A DNA stretch of 24,640 bases from Candidatus Heimdallarchaeota archaeon (GTDB lineage: Archaea > Asgardarchaeota > Heimdallarchaeia > Heimdallarchaeales > Heimdallarchaeaceae), in the NCBI GenBank assembly GCA_021399395.1, contig JAAFKJ010000148.1, positions 1 through 24,640 of the forward strand, written 5' to 3'. Made by a program: the position numbers and the translations under genes. The notes under the pieces are model-generated. The model searched no databases and was not told where the DNA came from. It saw nothing but the letters and a program-made list of their open reading frames with translations. Below are positions 1-7,867 of the stretch, in pieces; within the stretch, counting starts at the first letter, position 1; each line of letters starts with the position of its first letter.

Positions 1-81
1 ATCAGAAAAATTGGCACTCTTAAATAAGTCTCGAGCTTCTGACATTAATTTAGCAAGATCCTCATCATATGACTTTTCCAT
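1..81 (-). CDS. N-terminal fragment of a hypothetical protein running off the left edge (MEKSYDEDLAKLMSEARDLFKSANFSD...)
   Basis: ATG at 81-79 on the minus strand, frame open to position 1, AT-rich promoter-like stretch upstream. Only 27 codons are visible. Confidence 0.55.
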   Translation of the reverse strand, partial: MEKSYDEDLAKLMSEARDLFKSANFSD

Positions 82-190
82 AATCCTAAACTACAGTTAA
101 AATATATAAAGATTATTTAAGCTTCTAACAAGAAGTCTCCTAGGGGCACGAAAAGATAATACTGGAGATTTTTATAAATTTTAAAAATTA

Positions 191-267
191 TGGTGGACCG
201 GGCGAGATTCGAACTCGCGGCCTCTTCCATGCCAAGGAAGCGATCTTCCAGACTGATCTACCGGCCC
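191..267 (-). tRNA. tRNA-Ala(GGC), CCA encoded
   Basis: Reverse complement GGGCCGG...CTTCC-TT-GGC-AT-GGAAG...GTTCGAATC...CCGGTCC-A-CCA folds as a cloverleaf. The G3:U70 Ala identity pair is present. Confidence 0.97.
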
Positions 268-327
268 AGAATCATCTGAATTGTTAAGCAGAAATGAGTT
301 CTTAACTATGGGTCTATTTGAGCAAAT

Positions 328-492
328 CTAGTGTCTATGCCAAGCATAGTTTCTAAGTTTAGAGGATCTACCAAAACCACAAGATGAACATTCTTTGTGT
401 CTTCTATGGAAGGATCTATTACCACATCTTCTACATACAATATGGGGGGCCTTCTTATTGTGTTTCCCAAATGATGGTGTTCCTTTTGTCAT
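328..492 (-). CDS. rpl37e: 50S ribosomal protein L37e (missed by the ORF track, 54 aa)
   Basis: My translation: [54 protein letters not shown]. It has the eL37 N-terminus and a C2-C2 zinc finger, and sits in the conserved archaeal position directly downstream of Lsm. Confidence 0.97.
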   Translation of the reverse strand: MTKGTPSFGKHNKKAPHIVCRRCGNRSFHRRHKECSSCGFGRSSKLRNYAWHRH

Positions 493-514
493 TTTTTTAC
501 CTTCTATCTAGATT

Positions 515-742
515 CTATTTAGGTGGAGGGCTAATCATAATGACATTGTCTCCACGTACAATGACATCTCCCAATTTTACAGCTCCTCCTTCTCCTATCT
601 CTTCTGCATTTTCAAGTGTTAGATTTAGATGAATATCATAGTTTTTCAGAATGCCTCTCATTCTACGGTTACCACGTAATCTAATTAATACTCCTTTTTC
701 TCTGGCTTGGTTTAAGATATCCATTGGTTTGCTAGTTGACAT
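515..742 (-). CDS. Sm-like archaeal protein (Lsm/SmAP1)
   Basis: 75 aa with Sm1 (GILKNYDIHLNLTLENAEE) and Sm2 (IVRGDNVIMISP) motifs, syntenic with rpl37e. Confidence 0.95.
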   Translation of the reverse strand: MSTSKPMDILNQAREKGVLIRLRGNRRMRGILKNYDIHLNLTLENAEEIGEGGAVKLGDVIVRGDNVIMISPPPK

Positions 743-918
743 AGTTATTACTCCAAAACTATACGAACTCCAGCTTTAAGATTTCATTATAAAACTTTCT
801 GTATTGTAGAATAAAGCCAGTACAGTTAGAGGATTATTCCTTTAGTTAGAAATCGTTACCTTTAAGTAGAGAACGGCTTGCTTCCTTCTTAAGTTATTAT
901 TGATATAAGGCGAAACTA

Positions 919-1416
919 ATGAGTACTGAATATGTAACTGTGGATTTGCTTGTAGATGGAGGAAAAGCATCGCCAGGAGGAGCTATGGGACCAGCTCTAG
1001 GGCCACTTGGTGTTAATATTGGTCAAATAGTTCAAGATATAAACAAAAAGACTCAAGCTTACTCAGGAATGAAGGTTCCTGTAAAAATTACTGTTAATAA
1101 GATAACCAAATCTTTCGAACTTGAAATAGGTATTCCTCCCGCTTCTGCACTTGTATTAAAAGCTGCAAATGTTTCCAAAGGTTCGGGGACTCCAAATACA
1201 GAAATAGTAGGCAACATCACTTTTCCACAACTTATTGATGCTGCTAGAGCAAAATGGGATGACTTAGCTGCCAATACAATAGGTGCTGCATGCAAAGTTA
1301 TCCTAGGTACAATGGTTTGCATGGGTGTAACTTGTGAAGGAAAAGATCCTCGAGAAGTACAGAAAGAAATTAATGAAGGAAAATATGAAGAACTTCTCAA
1401 AGCAGCTGAAATGTAG
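919..1416 (+). CDS. rpl11: 50S ribosomal protein L11 (uL11)
   Basis: Archaeal uL11 signature: GGKASPG..GPALGPLGVNI, GMKVPV, PPASAL, GT..MGV. Confidence 0.97.
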   Translation: MSTEYVTVDLLVDGGKASPGGAMGPALGPLGVNIGQIVQDINKKTQAYSGMKVPVKITVNKITKSFELEIGIPPASALVLKAANVSKGSGTPNTEIVGNITFPQLIDAARAKWDDLAANTIGAACKVILGTMVCMGVTCEGKDPREVQKEINEGKYEELLKAAEM

Positions 1417-1484
1417 TTTACTTACAGTTAATCAACAGAACAATTAATAATAAGAAATAAAATCAGTTAGTGAGGCAAAAGAAC

Positions 1485-1676
1485 ATGAGCAAAATTGTTG
1501 CTAAAACACGAAATTTCTTCGTTAATAGCCGAAAAGTACTTCGACACGCAAAAAGACCTAGTAGACGTGAGCTTTCTATTACAACTAAAATGAGTGCATT
1601 AGGTATTATAATAATTGGTGTAATAGGTTATGTTATCAGTTTGCTTTTTAATGCAATAATGGGTACTGTAAATTAA
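1485..1676 (+). CDS. secE: Protein translocase subunit SecE/Sec61-gamma
   Basis: RKVLRHAKRPSRRE followed by a C-terminal TM helix (ALGIIIIGVIGYVI). ATG at 1485 is preferred over the track's GTG at 1470. Confidence 0.92.
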   Translation: MSKIVAKTRNFFVNSRKVLRHAKRPSRRELSITTKMSALGIIIIGVIGYVISLLFNAIMGTVN

Positions 1677-1708
1677 TAAGCTCAATAACCTCTAAACAAA
1701 AAATAGAA

Positions 1709-2206
1709 GTGAATAAAATGCCTATCTATGCCCTAAGAACAACAATCGGTCAAGAACACTCTTTGAGTGAACATTTGGCTCGTAGAGCTGAAAGAAGACC
1801 CCATCTCAAAATATTCTCTGTTTTAGTTCCAGGTGGACTTAAGGGCTATATATTTGTTGAGGCAAATTCTATTGATGATGTTGAGCTATTGGTAGAGGGA
1901 ATGAGACATGTTAGAAAGAGACCCAGAGCTTCAAGAGCTGAAGAAATACCAATTGATGAGCTGGATCATTTCTTAGTACCAAGACCTGTTATAGAAGGTG
2001 TAGATATCAACGATATAGTTGAAGTCATTAATGGACCATTCAAAGGTTCAAGAGCAAGAGTTCTTGATATTAATGTAGGGAAAGAAGAAGTTACAGTTGA
2101 GCTTCTAGCAATGGATTTGCAAATACCTGTTACAATTTCTGGTGAATCAATTCGTGTAATTGAGAAATCAACAGAAAAGGAAACAGAAGAAGAATATCTA
2201 TTGTAG
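1709..2206 (+). CDS. spt5: Transcription elongation factor Spt5 (NusG family)
   Basis: NGN domain (IYALRTTIGQE, LKGYIFVEA) and KOW motif (DIVEVINGPFKG). The true start may be the ATG at 1718. Confidence 0.96.
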   Translation: MNKMPIYALRTTIGQEHSLSEHLARRAERRPHLKIFSVLVPGGLKGYIFVEANSIDDVELLVEGMRHVRKRPRASRAEEIPIDELDHFLVPRPVIEGVDINDIVEVINGPFKGSRARVLDINVGKEEVTVELLAMDLQIPVTISGESIRVIEKSTEKETEEEYLL

Positions 2207-2239
2207 TACATTTTTAAATTTTAATTTAATTTTATCTAT

Positions 2240-3358
2240 TTAGAGAAACTCTTCCAAAGTTGGTTTCTCTTTAGATAATTTGATAGGTCTTGCAAATAGT
2301 TTGAGTTTTTGTCTCACAACTGACGCAAACTCTGAATCAAATCCATATAATGTATACACTTTCTTTGGATTTATTGCTTTGACATGATTCAAGAGCTCAT
2401 TGCAATTGGCGTGCATTGAAAAAGGAAACGCTTGTTCAAAACTAGAAAAAGCAAAACGGGAAGCTTGTCCTGTTACAATACTCCTTGCTATTTTGCGAGA
2501 TTTCAGAAATTCAGGGGGTTTTTTTAAAGCTCTTGGTAATAAAATCACACTGTTTTCAGCTTTAAGTTCTGTATCATTTAAAATATCAAAACTATTCCAA
2601 TTTAGCTTTATTCCTTCTTGTTTGTAGATTTTATTTATTTGACTTGTTCGACCATCGCAGTAAATGTCGATGGAAAGCATCTCATTTAGGAACGCAATTA
2701 ACTCTTGAGCTCCTCCCAGATGACCTATGTTGATTACTGGTATTTTTTTGCTCTGAAGGCTATCAGTAATCCATTTTAGAATAGAGATATTTATTCTTTC
2801 TCTGGAATCGAACATCAAATCAGCTTTTCCATAAGTTGATTCAATAATTAAGATATCAATTTCATCATCTGGAATTTCTGCTTTTGGCACTGTTAGCATC
2901 TTATCTGTACTAATATCTCCAGTGTAACAAAATGTCAGATCATCGAAATAGAGAATAACTTGTGCAGCTCCAAGCAGATGTCCTGCAGGAATGAATTTTA
3001 CTTCGATATCATTTATGTTCATTTTTTTATTGAAATCTACAAAATGTGTATTTTTCGGTTTTCTTGCAGTTAGACTTTCATACAATTTACTTGCAAGTTC
3101 AGTCGAATAAACCTTGATACCTTCATTTGGAAAAGCTATTGAATGATCGGTATGCGAATGAGTAATGATCGCAACATCGCAGTTTGAAGCAGCTTTAGTT
3201 GTTGTAGGGTCAGCTATTAAAGTGAGATTTTCTGGTTTTGATAGAAATTTAATACCACTTTCATATTTGAACAGAGTTGGCATAAGCTGAACCCCCAGTC
3301 TTCCAATAGTGGTTGAGATTCTATTGACTATAGTCTTAAGTCTTTTCAATATTTTCAA
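2240..3358 (-). CDS. Metallo-beta-lactamase / beta-CASP family nuclease
   Basis: THSHTDH, PAGHLLG, YTGD, ESTYG (motif A) and SMHA (motif B). Start codon uncertain (TTG). Confidence 0.85.
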   Translation of the reverse strand: MKILKRLKTIVNRISTTIGRLGVQLMPTLFKYESGIKFLSKPENLTLIADPTTTKAASNCDVAIITHSHTDHSIAFPNEGIKVYSTELASKLYESLTARKPKNTHFVDFNKKMNINDIEVKFIPAGHLLGAAQVILYFDDLTFCYTGDISTDKMLTVPKAEIPDDEIDILIIESTYGKADLMFDSRERINISILKWITDSLQSKKIPVINIGHLGGAQELIAFLNEMLSIDIYCDGRTSQINKIYKQEGIKLNWNSFDILNDTELKAENSVILLPRALKKPPEFLKSRKIARSIVTGQASRFAFSSFEQAFPFSMHANCNELLNHVKAINPKKVYTLYGFDSEFASVVRQKLKLFARPIKLSKEKPTLEEFL

Positions 3359-3367
3359 GACTTATTC

Positions 3368-5743
3368 CTAATCTTTTTCTAACTTTTTGGCAACAGCATC
3401 AGTTATTGTTCTAAATTTGAGCCCAAGCATCATTGAACCTTCAAAGATTAGTTCTTTAGCCATGTAAGCAGAAGCGGCATTAACTGTTCCTGCAAAGATA
3501 CCGCTCGCAATAGATGGATCCATACAGATAGTAACATCCGGAGTTTCAACTTTGTTTTCTCCTGTAGAAAACAAACCATTTTCAATTTTTATGAAATAAT
3601 GCTTGTCATCTCCAACCGAGATTTGAAATTGTAATCTGGTCTTTTTGTTCTTCTTCTGTATCTTGTCATCCTCATTACAAATCTGGGCTAACAAATCCAA
3701 ATAGTTAGGTATGTCTTCATTAGTAAATGTACGTCTCTTAATCTTTATTTTAATTAAAGATTTTAAATCCCCATCTTTTATATCAAGTTCATCAGCATAG
3801 AGCATATCCGCTTCTTGTGTTTCAACGATAAGGCCTAATTCATAACCCTCTTGAACTGAATTAAGTATTTTTCTCGGATAGACTTCTTTACAATCTCCAA
3901 TCTTGAACACTCTTTTAACATGGTTTTTAACAGTTTTTTCGATTTCTAATGAAGGTTGAACTGAAGTTAAAGCTAGTTCATCAAAATCAATTTCTATTGT
4001 TTTGTTATTCTGAACCGCAATTAGTTTGTTTTCTTTAAACTCTGAAACGGTTGTTTCAAGCATTATTTCGATTTGTTCGTCTTCTTCAATTGTAGGTATA
4101 ATCTCTTTAGCAACCAAGGAATACACATCAGTTGCAAGTCTCTTCTTCTCTGTTACAATAGTAACATCCTTGTTAGCACAAGAAAGAAATTCGGCTAATT
4201 CTAGACCAATCATATCTCCCCCTAGAACAACTATTTTCTGTCCTTTTGGAATAGTTCCACCAAGAATCTCCGAATAATGTTTAAAATTCGCATTATTAAT
4301 TCCCTCTATGTCCGGTAATTTGGGTGAAATACCAGTGGCAAGTATGACTGTGTCTGGGTCATACTGTTTCAATAACCCCTCAAAGAACTGTGTATTAAGC
4401 TTAATTTCTATCTGAAGCTTCTCTATAATGAATTTATAATAATCAATTAAATTCTGAACTTCCTTCTTCATAGGAGCTACTTTTGCGTAATTTAAAGATC
4501 CTCCTATGGAAGATTCTTTTTCTATTACTACAACATCGTGCCCCCTTAGCTTAGCTGTTCGAGCAAACTCTAAACCAGCTGGACCCGCTCCTATTACAAG
4601 TAGTTTTTGAGGATTTTCAGATGTTCCTATCGCTTCATCTGAAGCAATTAGATTAGGATTAATTGAGCAAAGAACTTGTTGTTCTGTCATTATTTGATTT
4701 AGGCAAGCGTTACAACCTATACATGTTCGAATAGATTCAATTTGTTTTGATTCAATTTTATTAGGAAACTCAGGATCTGCAATTACTGCGCGACCTACAG
4801 AAACTAGATCAGCTTTGTTACTTTGAAGAATATCTTCTGCTACATCAGGGGTGTTTATTCTTCCAACCACTGCTATGGGTGTTCTTTCTAATGCTTCTTT
4901 TACTAGATTTGCGTTCTGAACAAAACAACCTCTAGGATAGTTCATATAAGGAACAACAGGGAATCGGGGGCTATCGAAGACTCCACCTGTGATGTTAATC
5001 AGATCTACTCCTTCTTTTTCTAAAATCTTGGAAATTTCAATAACATCTTCTACTTCCAACCCTTCGGATATATAGTCGCTACCGTTGAGTCTAAATCCTA
5101 TGATGAAATCGTCTCCACATTTCTTTCTTACTTCTCTGATAATTTCAACAGCTGCTCTAGTTCTATTCTCAAAATTCTGTCCTCCATATTCATCGTCTCG
5201 TTTGTTAGTTCTTAAAGATAAGAATTGATTGAGCAAATAGCCATGTCCTGCGTGGATTTCTACACCATCAAAACCTGCTTTCTTTGTTCTTAGACAAGCC
5301 TCTCCATATCCCTTGATAATCTTAGAAATTTGTTTTGTGGTTAATGGTACTGGCATCTCTCCAGACATTTCAAAGGATATCGCTGATGGGGCAACTGATT
5401 GAAGGCCGATCATATATGATGAAGCTTGGGCACCAGCATGGTAGATCTGAATAAGAGCATGAGCACCGTGTTTCTTTATCGCATTTGCTAGTTCTTTGAA
5501 TTTAGATATGCGTTTATTGCTATCAATACTGAGCATGGTAGCGGTGCCAGCACCTCTTTGATCGAAGTATGCACCTTCAACAATAATTAAACCAACACCT
5601 CCCTTCGCTCTTAACTCATAATAATCTATGAGTTTGTCAGGCATATTTCCTTCTTCATCACCAAAATTGGTATCCATTCCAGGCATGACAAACCTGTTTT
5701 TTAGTGTTATTTGGTTTAGCTTAAATGGCTCGAACAATTTCAT
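3368..5743 (-). CDS. NADH:flavin oxidoreductase (2,4-dienoyl-CoA reductase/BaiCD-like) fused to a C-terminal SCP2 lipid-binding domain
   Basis: Old-yellow-enzyme barrel (HAGHGYLL, NKRDDEYGG), 4Fe-4S motif CIGCNAC-x11-C and FAD Rossmann GAGPAG. The last ~110 aa have an SCP2-like pattern (PDVTICMD...IFAGTVNAASAYMAKELIFEGSMMLGLKF). Confidence 0.88.
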   Translation of the reverse strand: MKLFEPFKLNQITLKNRFVMPGMDTNFGDEEGNMPDKLIDYYELRAKGGVGLIIVEGAYFDQRGAGTATMLSIDSNKRISKFKELANAIKKHGAHALIQIYHAGAQASSYMIGLQSVAPSAISFEMSGEMPVPLTTKQISKIIKGYGEACLRTKKAGFDGVEIHAGHGYLLNQFLSLRTNKRDDEYGGQNFENRTRAAVEIIREVRKKCGDDFIIGFRLNGSDYISEGLEVEDVIEISKILEKEGVDLINITGGVFDSPRFPVVPYMNYPRGCFVQNANLVKEALERTPIAVVGRINTPDVAEDILQSNKADLVSVGRAVIADPEFPNKIESKQIESIRTCIGCNACLNQIMTEQQVLCSINPNLIASDEAIGTSENPQKLLVIGAGPAGLEFARTAKLRGHDVVVIEKESSIGGSLNYAKVAPMKKEVQNLIDYYKFIIEKLQIEIKLNTQFFEGLLKQYDPDTVILATGISPKLPDIEGINNANFKHYSEILGGTIPKGQKIVVLGGDMIGLELAEFLSCANKDVTIVTEKKRLATDVYSLVAKEIIPTIEEDEQIEIMLETTVSEFKENKLIAVQNNKTIEIDFDELALTSVQPSLEIEKTVKNHVKRVFKIGDCKEVYPRKILNSVQEGYELGLIVETQEADMLYADELDIKDGDLKSLIKIKIKRRTFTNEDIPNYLDLLAQICNEDDKIQKKNKKTRLQFQISVGDDKHYFIKIENGLFSTGENKVETPDVTICMDPSIASGIFAGTVNAASAYMAKELIFEGSMMLGLKFRTITDAVAKKLEKD

Positions 5744-5853
5744 CTGATTTATCTCCTAATACATCAAATATAGAAATGAGTAGAATAAAAGTATTTGTTG
5801 CTATCTATTGAATAAGATTAAAGTATTTGTTTAATCTAGACAGCAAGATAGTG

Positions 5854-6927
5854 ATGGTTCAAGAAATTCCTCTTTTTAGAGCATACCCAAAACTAGTATC
5901 TGTTCCTTGGGTTTCAGTTGTCAACTCTCCTACACCTGTCCATAAAATGGAAGAATTAACCAGAATTTTAGACAATGGAGAGATTTGGGTAAAACGCGAT
6001 GATTTAACTCATGAAACATATGGTGGGAATAAACTACGAAAATATGAGTTTGTTTTTGCTGATGTTCTAAAAAAAGAAAAGAAGAAGATCTTAACACAAG
6101 GCAGTATTGGAACCAATCATGGATTGGCAACAGCAGTCCATGCAAAGAGATTTGGTTTGAAAACCCATTTATTTTTACTTGAACAAGAACCTTCACCAAC
6201 TGTTCTTGAAAATCTGCTGTGTCATCATTATTTTGGTGCAAAGTTATCTTTATTGAAAAACAAACTTCACAGAAAACTAGCAGTAAAAACAAAGTTACTT
6301 CTTGATAGAAAAGCATACTCGGTTGTTATTGGGGCTAGTTCTCCACTCGGAACACTAGGTTTTGTTAATGCAGCTTTTGAGCTTAAAGAACAAATAGACA
6401 AAAAACTGATACCAGAACCAGATAAAATCTTCATAACTGTTGGTTCTTTTGCTACTTGTGCCGGTTTAGTACTTGGTTTGGAACTAGCACAACTAAAGTC
6501 TCAGGTTATTGGGATTGGAGTAACAGATCCTTCTTGGAGTTCAAAAGAAGCTACTCTAGATTTAGCTACAAAGGCTTTAGAACTTATGAGAAGTAAAGAT
6601 TCGTCTATTCCTGATGTTTCAAAGAAGTTGTCAAAAAGGTTAGTAGTTGATCATTCTTATTTCGGTGGCAAATATGGTGTCTCTACAGAAGAAGCTCTAG
6701 AAGCAATTGAGCTGGCAAAGAAAGATGAACTTAAGCTTGAATATGTTTACACGGGAAAAACACTAGGCGGATTAATAGACTATAGTAGAAAATCAAAAAT
6801 TTCAAAAAATGAAGTGATTCTTTACTGGAATACAAAAAGCTCAGCAGATTTAACTCCGTATGTTAAGGAAATGAAATATCAGGATTTACCAAAAAAGTTC
6901 CACAAATTCTTTGAAGAAGTGCAATAA
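5854..6927 (+). CDS. PLP-dependent D-cysteine desulfhydrase / ACC deaminase family protein
   Basis: WVKRDD...YGGNKLRK (PLP lysine), TNH and VYTGK. The Thr in VYTGK, rather than the Glu of true ACC deaminases, favours the D-Cys desulfhydrase type. ATG at 5854 preferred over TTG at 5827. Confidence 0.88.
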   Translation: MVQEIPLFRAYPKLVSVPWVSVVNSPTPVHKMEELTRILDNGEIWVKRDDLTHETYGGNKLRKYEFVFADVLKKEKKKILTQGSIGTNHGLATAVHAKRFGLKTHLFLLEQEPSPTVLENLLCHHYFGAKLSLLKNKLHRKLAVKTKLLLDRKAYSVVIGASSPLGTLGFVNAAFELKEQIDKKLIPEPDKIFITVGSFATCAGLVLGLELAQLKSQVIGIGVTDPSWSSKEATLDLATKALELMRSKDSSIPDVSKKLSKRLVVDHSYFGGKYGVSTEEALEAIELAKKDELKLEYVYTGKTLGGLIDYSRKSKISKNEVILYWNTKSSADLTPYVKEMKYQDLPKKFHKFFEEVQ

Positions 6928-6953
6928 TGTCGTCAAGCTTGAAATTAAATTAG

Positions 6954-7020
6954 TGTTGAGAATCAGCTTACCTCGAACAATCATAAATCAGACAGGGGTA
7001 ACCAAATCATTTTCTCAACA
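6954..7020 (-). ncRNA. Box C/D 2'-O-methylation guide sRNA (double guide, large-subunit rRNA peptidyl-transferase centre)
   Basis: Minus strand reads TGTTGAGAA-A-[ATGATTT]-GGTTACCCCTGT-[CTGA]-TTT-[ATGATTG]-TTCGAGGTAAG-[CTGA]-TTCTCAACA. It has a perfect 9-bp terminal stem, boxes in C/D'/C'/D order, and 12- and 11-nt guides complementary to conserved 23S PTC sequences. Confidence 0.85.
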
Positions 7021-7073
7021 AATATCAATTTAACAAAAATAAAATAGTGTTTTGGTTTGTTACTTATGTAATA

Positions 7074-7685
7074 TTATTCTGTTTCTTTAACATATTCAGA
7101 CTTTAACATACCAAAATAGAATAACCCAAACCGTTTACCTGCATCAATATAGCCTTCTCTGAAGTGTCCTTCTTTAACGAAATTCAATCTCTCTGCTAGT
7201 TTATAGCTATCTTCATTATTATCTCTTGTAATCAATATTATTTTATATGCTCTTAATTCATCAAAAACGAAATCCATACTTCGTCTTACTGCTTCTGTTG
7301 CTAATCCTTTCTTTGTGTAACCTTGATCAAGGTAATAACCGATTTCAAATGATGGAACTTCCCATTTATTCGGTTCAATCCAGATATTACCAATAAAATC
7401 CTTAGTTTCCTTTGACCAAATTCCCATAACAAATCTAGTTCGATTAATGAAATCTGCAGCTAATGAACGAATGCGGATTTCTGCATCTTCTAAGGATTGA
7501 ACATCCATTGCTTCATCAACTGCTTCCCTTAGAAACTCTCGATTATCATTTCTATCTAGTAAATTCAAAAGCCCCTCCCCATCTCCTTTGTCAAACTTTC
7601 TGATAACAAGTCTATCTGTCTCAATTTGAGTAGGTAAATCCAATAACTGTTTCAACACTTCCTTTTTTTCTTTACTAGATCTCAA
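7074..7685 (-). CDS. GNAT family N-acetyltransferase, RimJ/RimL type
   Basis: IETDRLVIR start, EIGYYL..YTKKGLATEA (motif A), N..S..LAERLNF.KEG. Confidence 0.9.
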   Translation of the reverse strand: MRSSKEKKEVLKQLLDLPTQIETDRLVIRKFDKGDGEGLLNLLDRNDNREFLREAVDEAMDVQSLEDAEIRIRSLAADFINRTRFVMGIWSKETKDFIGNIWIEPNKWEVPSFEIGYYLDQGYTKKGLATEAVRRSMDFVFDELRAYKIILITRDNNEDSYKLAERLNFVKEGHFREGYIDAGKRFGLFYFGMLKSEYVKETE

Positions 7686-7867
7686 ATTCTATCATCTCAA
7701 AGGTTTTTTAGTATCTCTTGAATATTTAGATAGTTATCATCTTTCAATCTTTATCCTTGCTCTTCTTGCGCAAATAGTGTGGGTATCTTATTGTAAGGTC
7801 TACTTTACTTTCTAAAAACCCATTATTCAATAAGGGAGACAATACAAGAAGGGAGGGTATTTCACCT

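Noticed and set aside
384-632. 82-aa + strand ORF
   Set aside because: Antisense shadow of rpl37e and Lsm, both of which are clearly real on the minus strand.
5854-6927. Calling this gene ACC deaminase (acdS)
   Set aside because: It lacks the diagnostic Glu (VYTGK rather than VYEGK), so it is left as a D-cysteine desulfhydrase-like family member.
6954-7020. Reading the intergenic stem-loop as a SECIS element, bidirectional terminator or MITE
   Set aside because: Neither flanking gene has an in-frame UGA and no target-site duplication is evident. The ordered C/D'/C'/D boxes and rRNA-complementary spacers explain it better.
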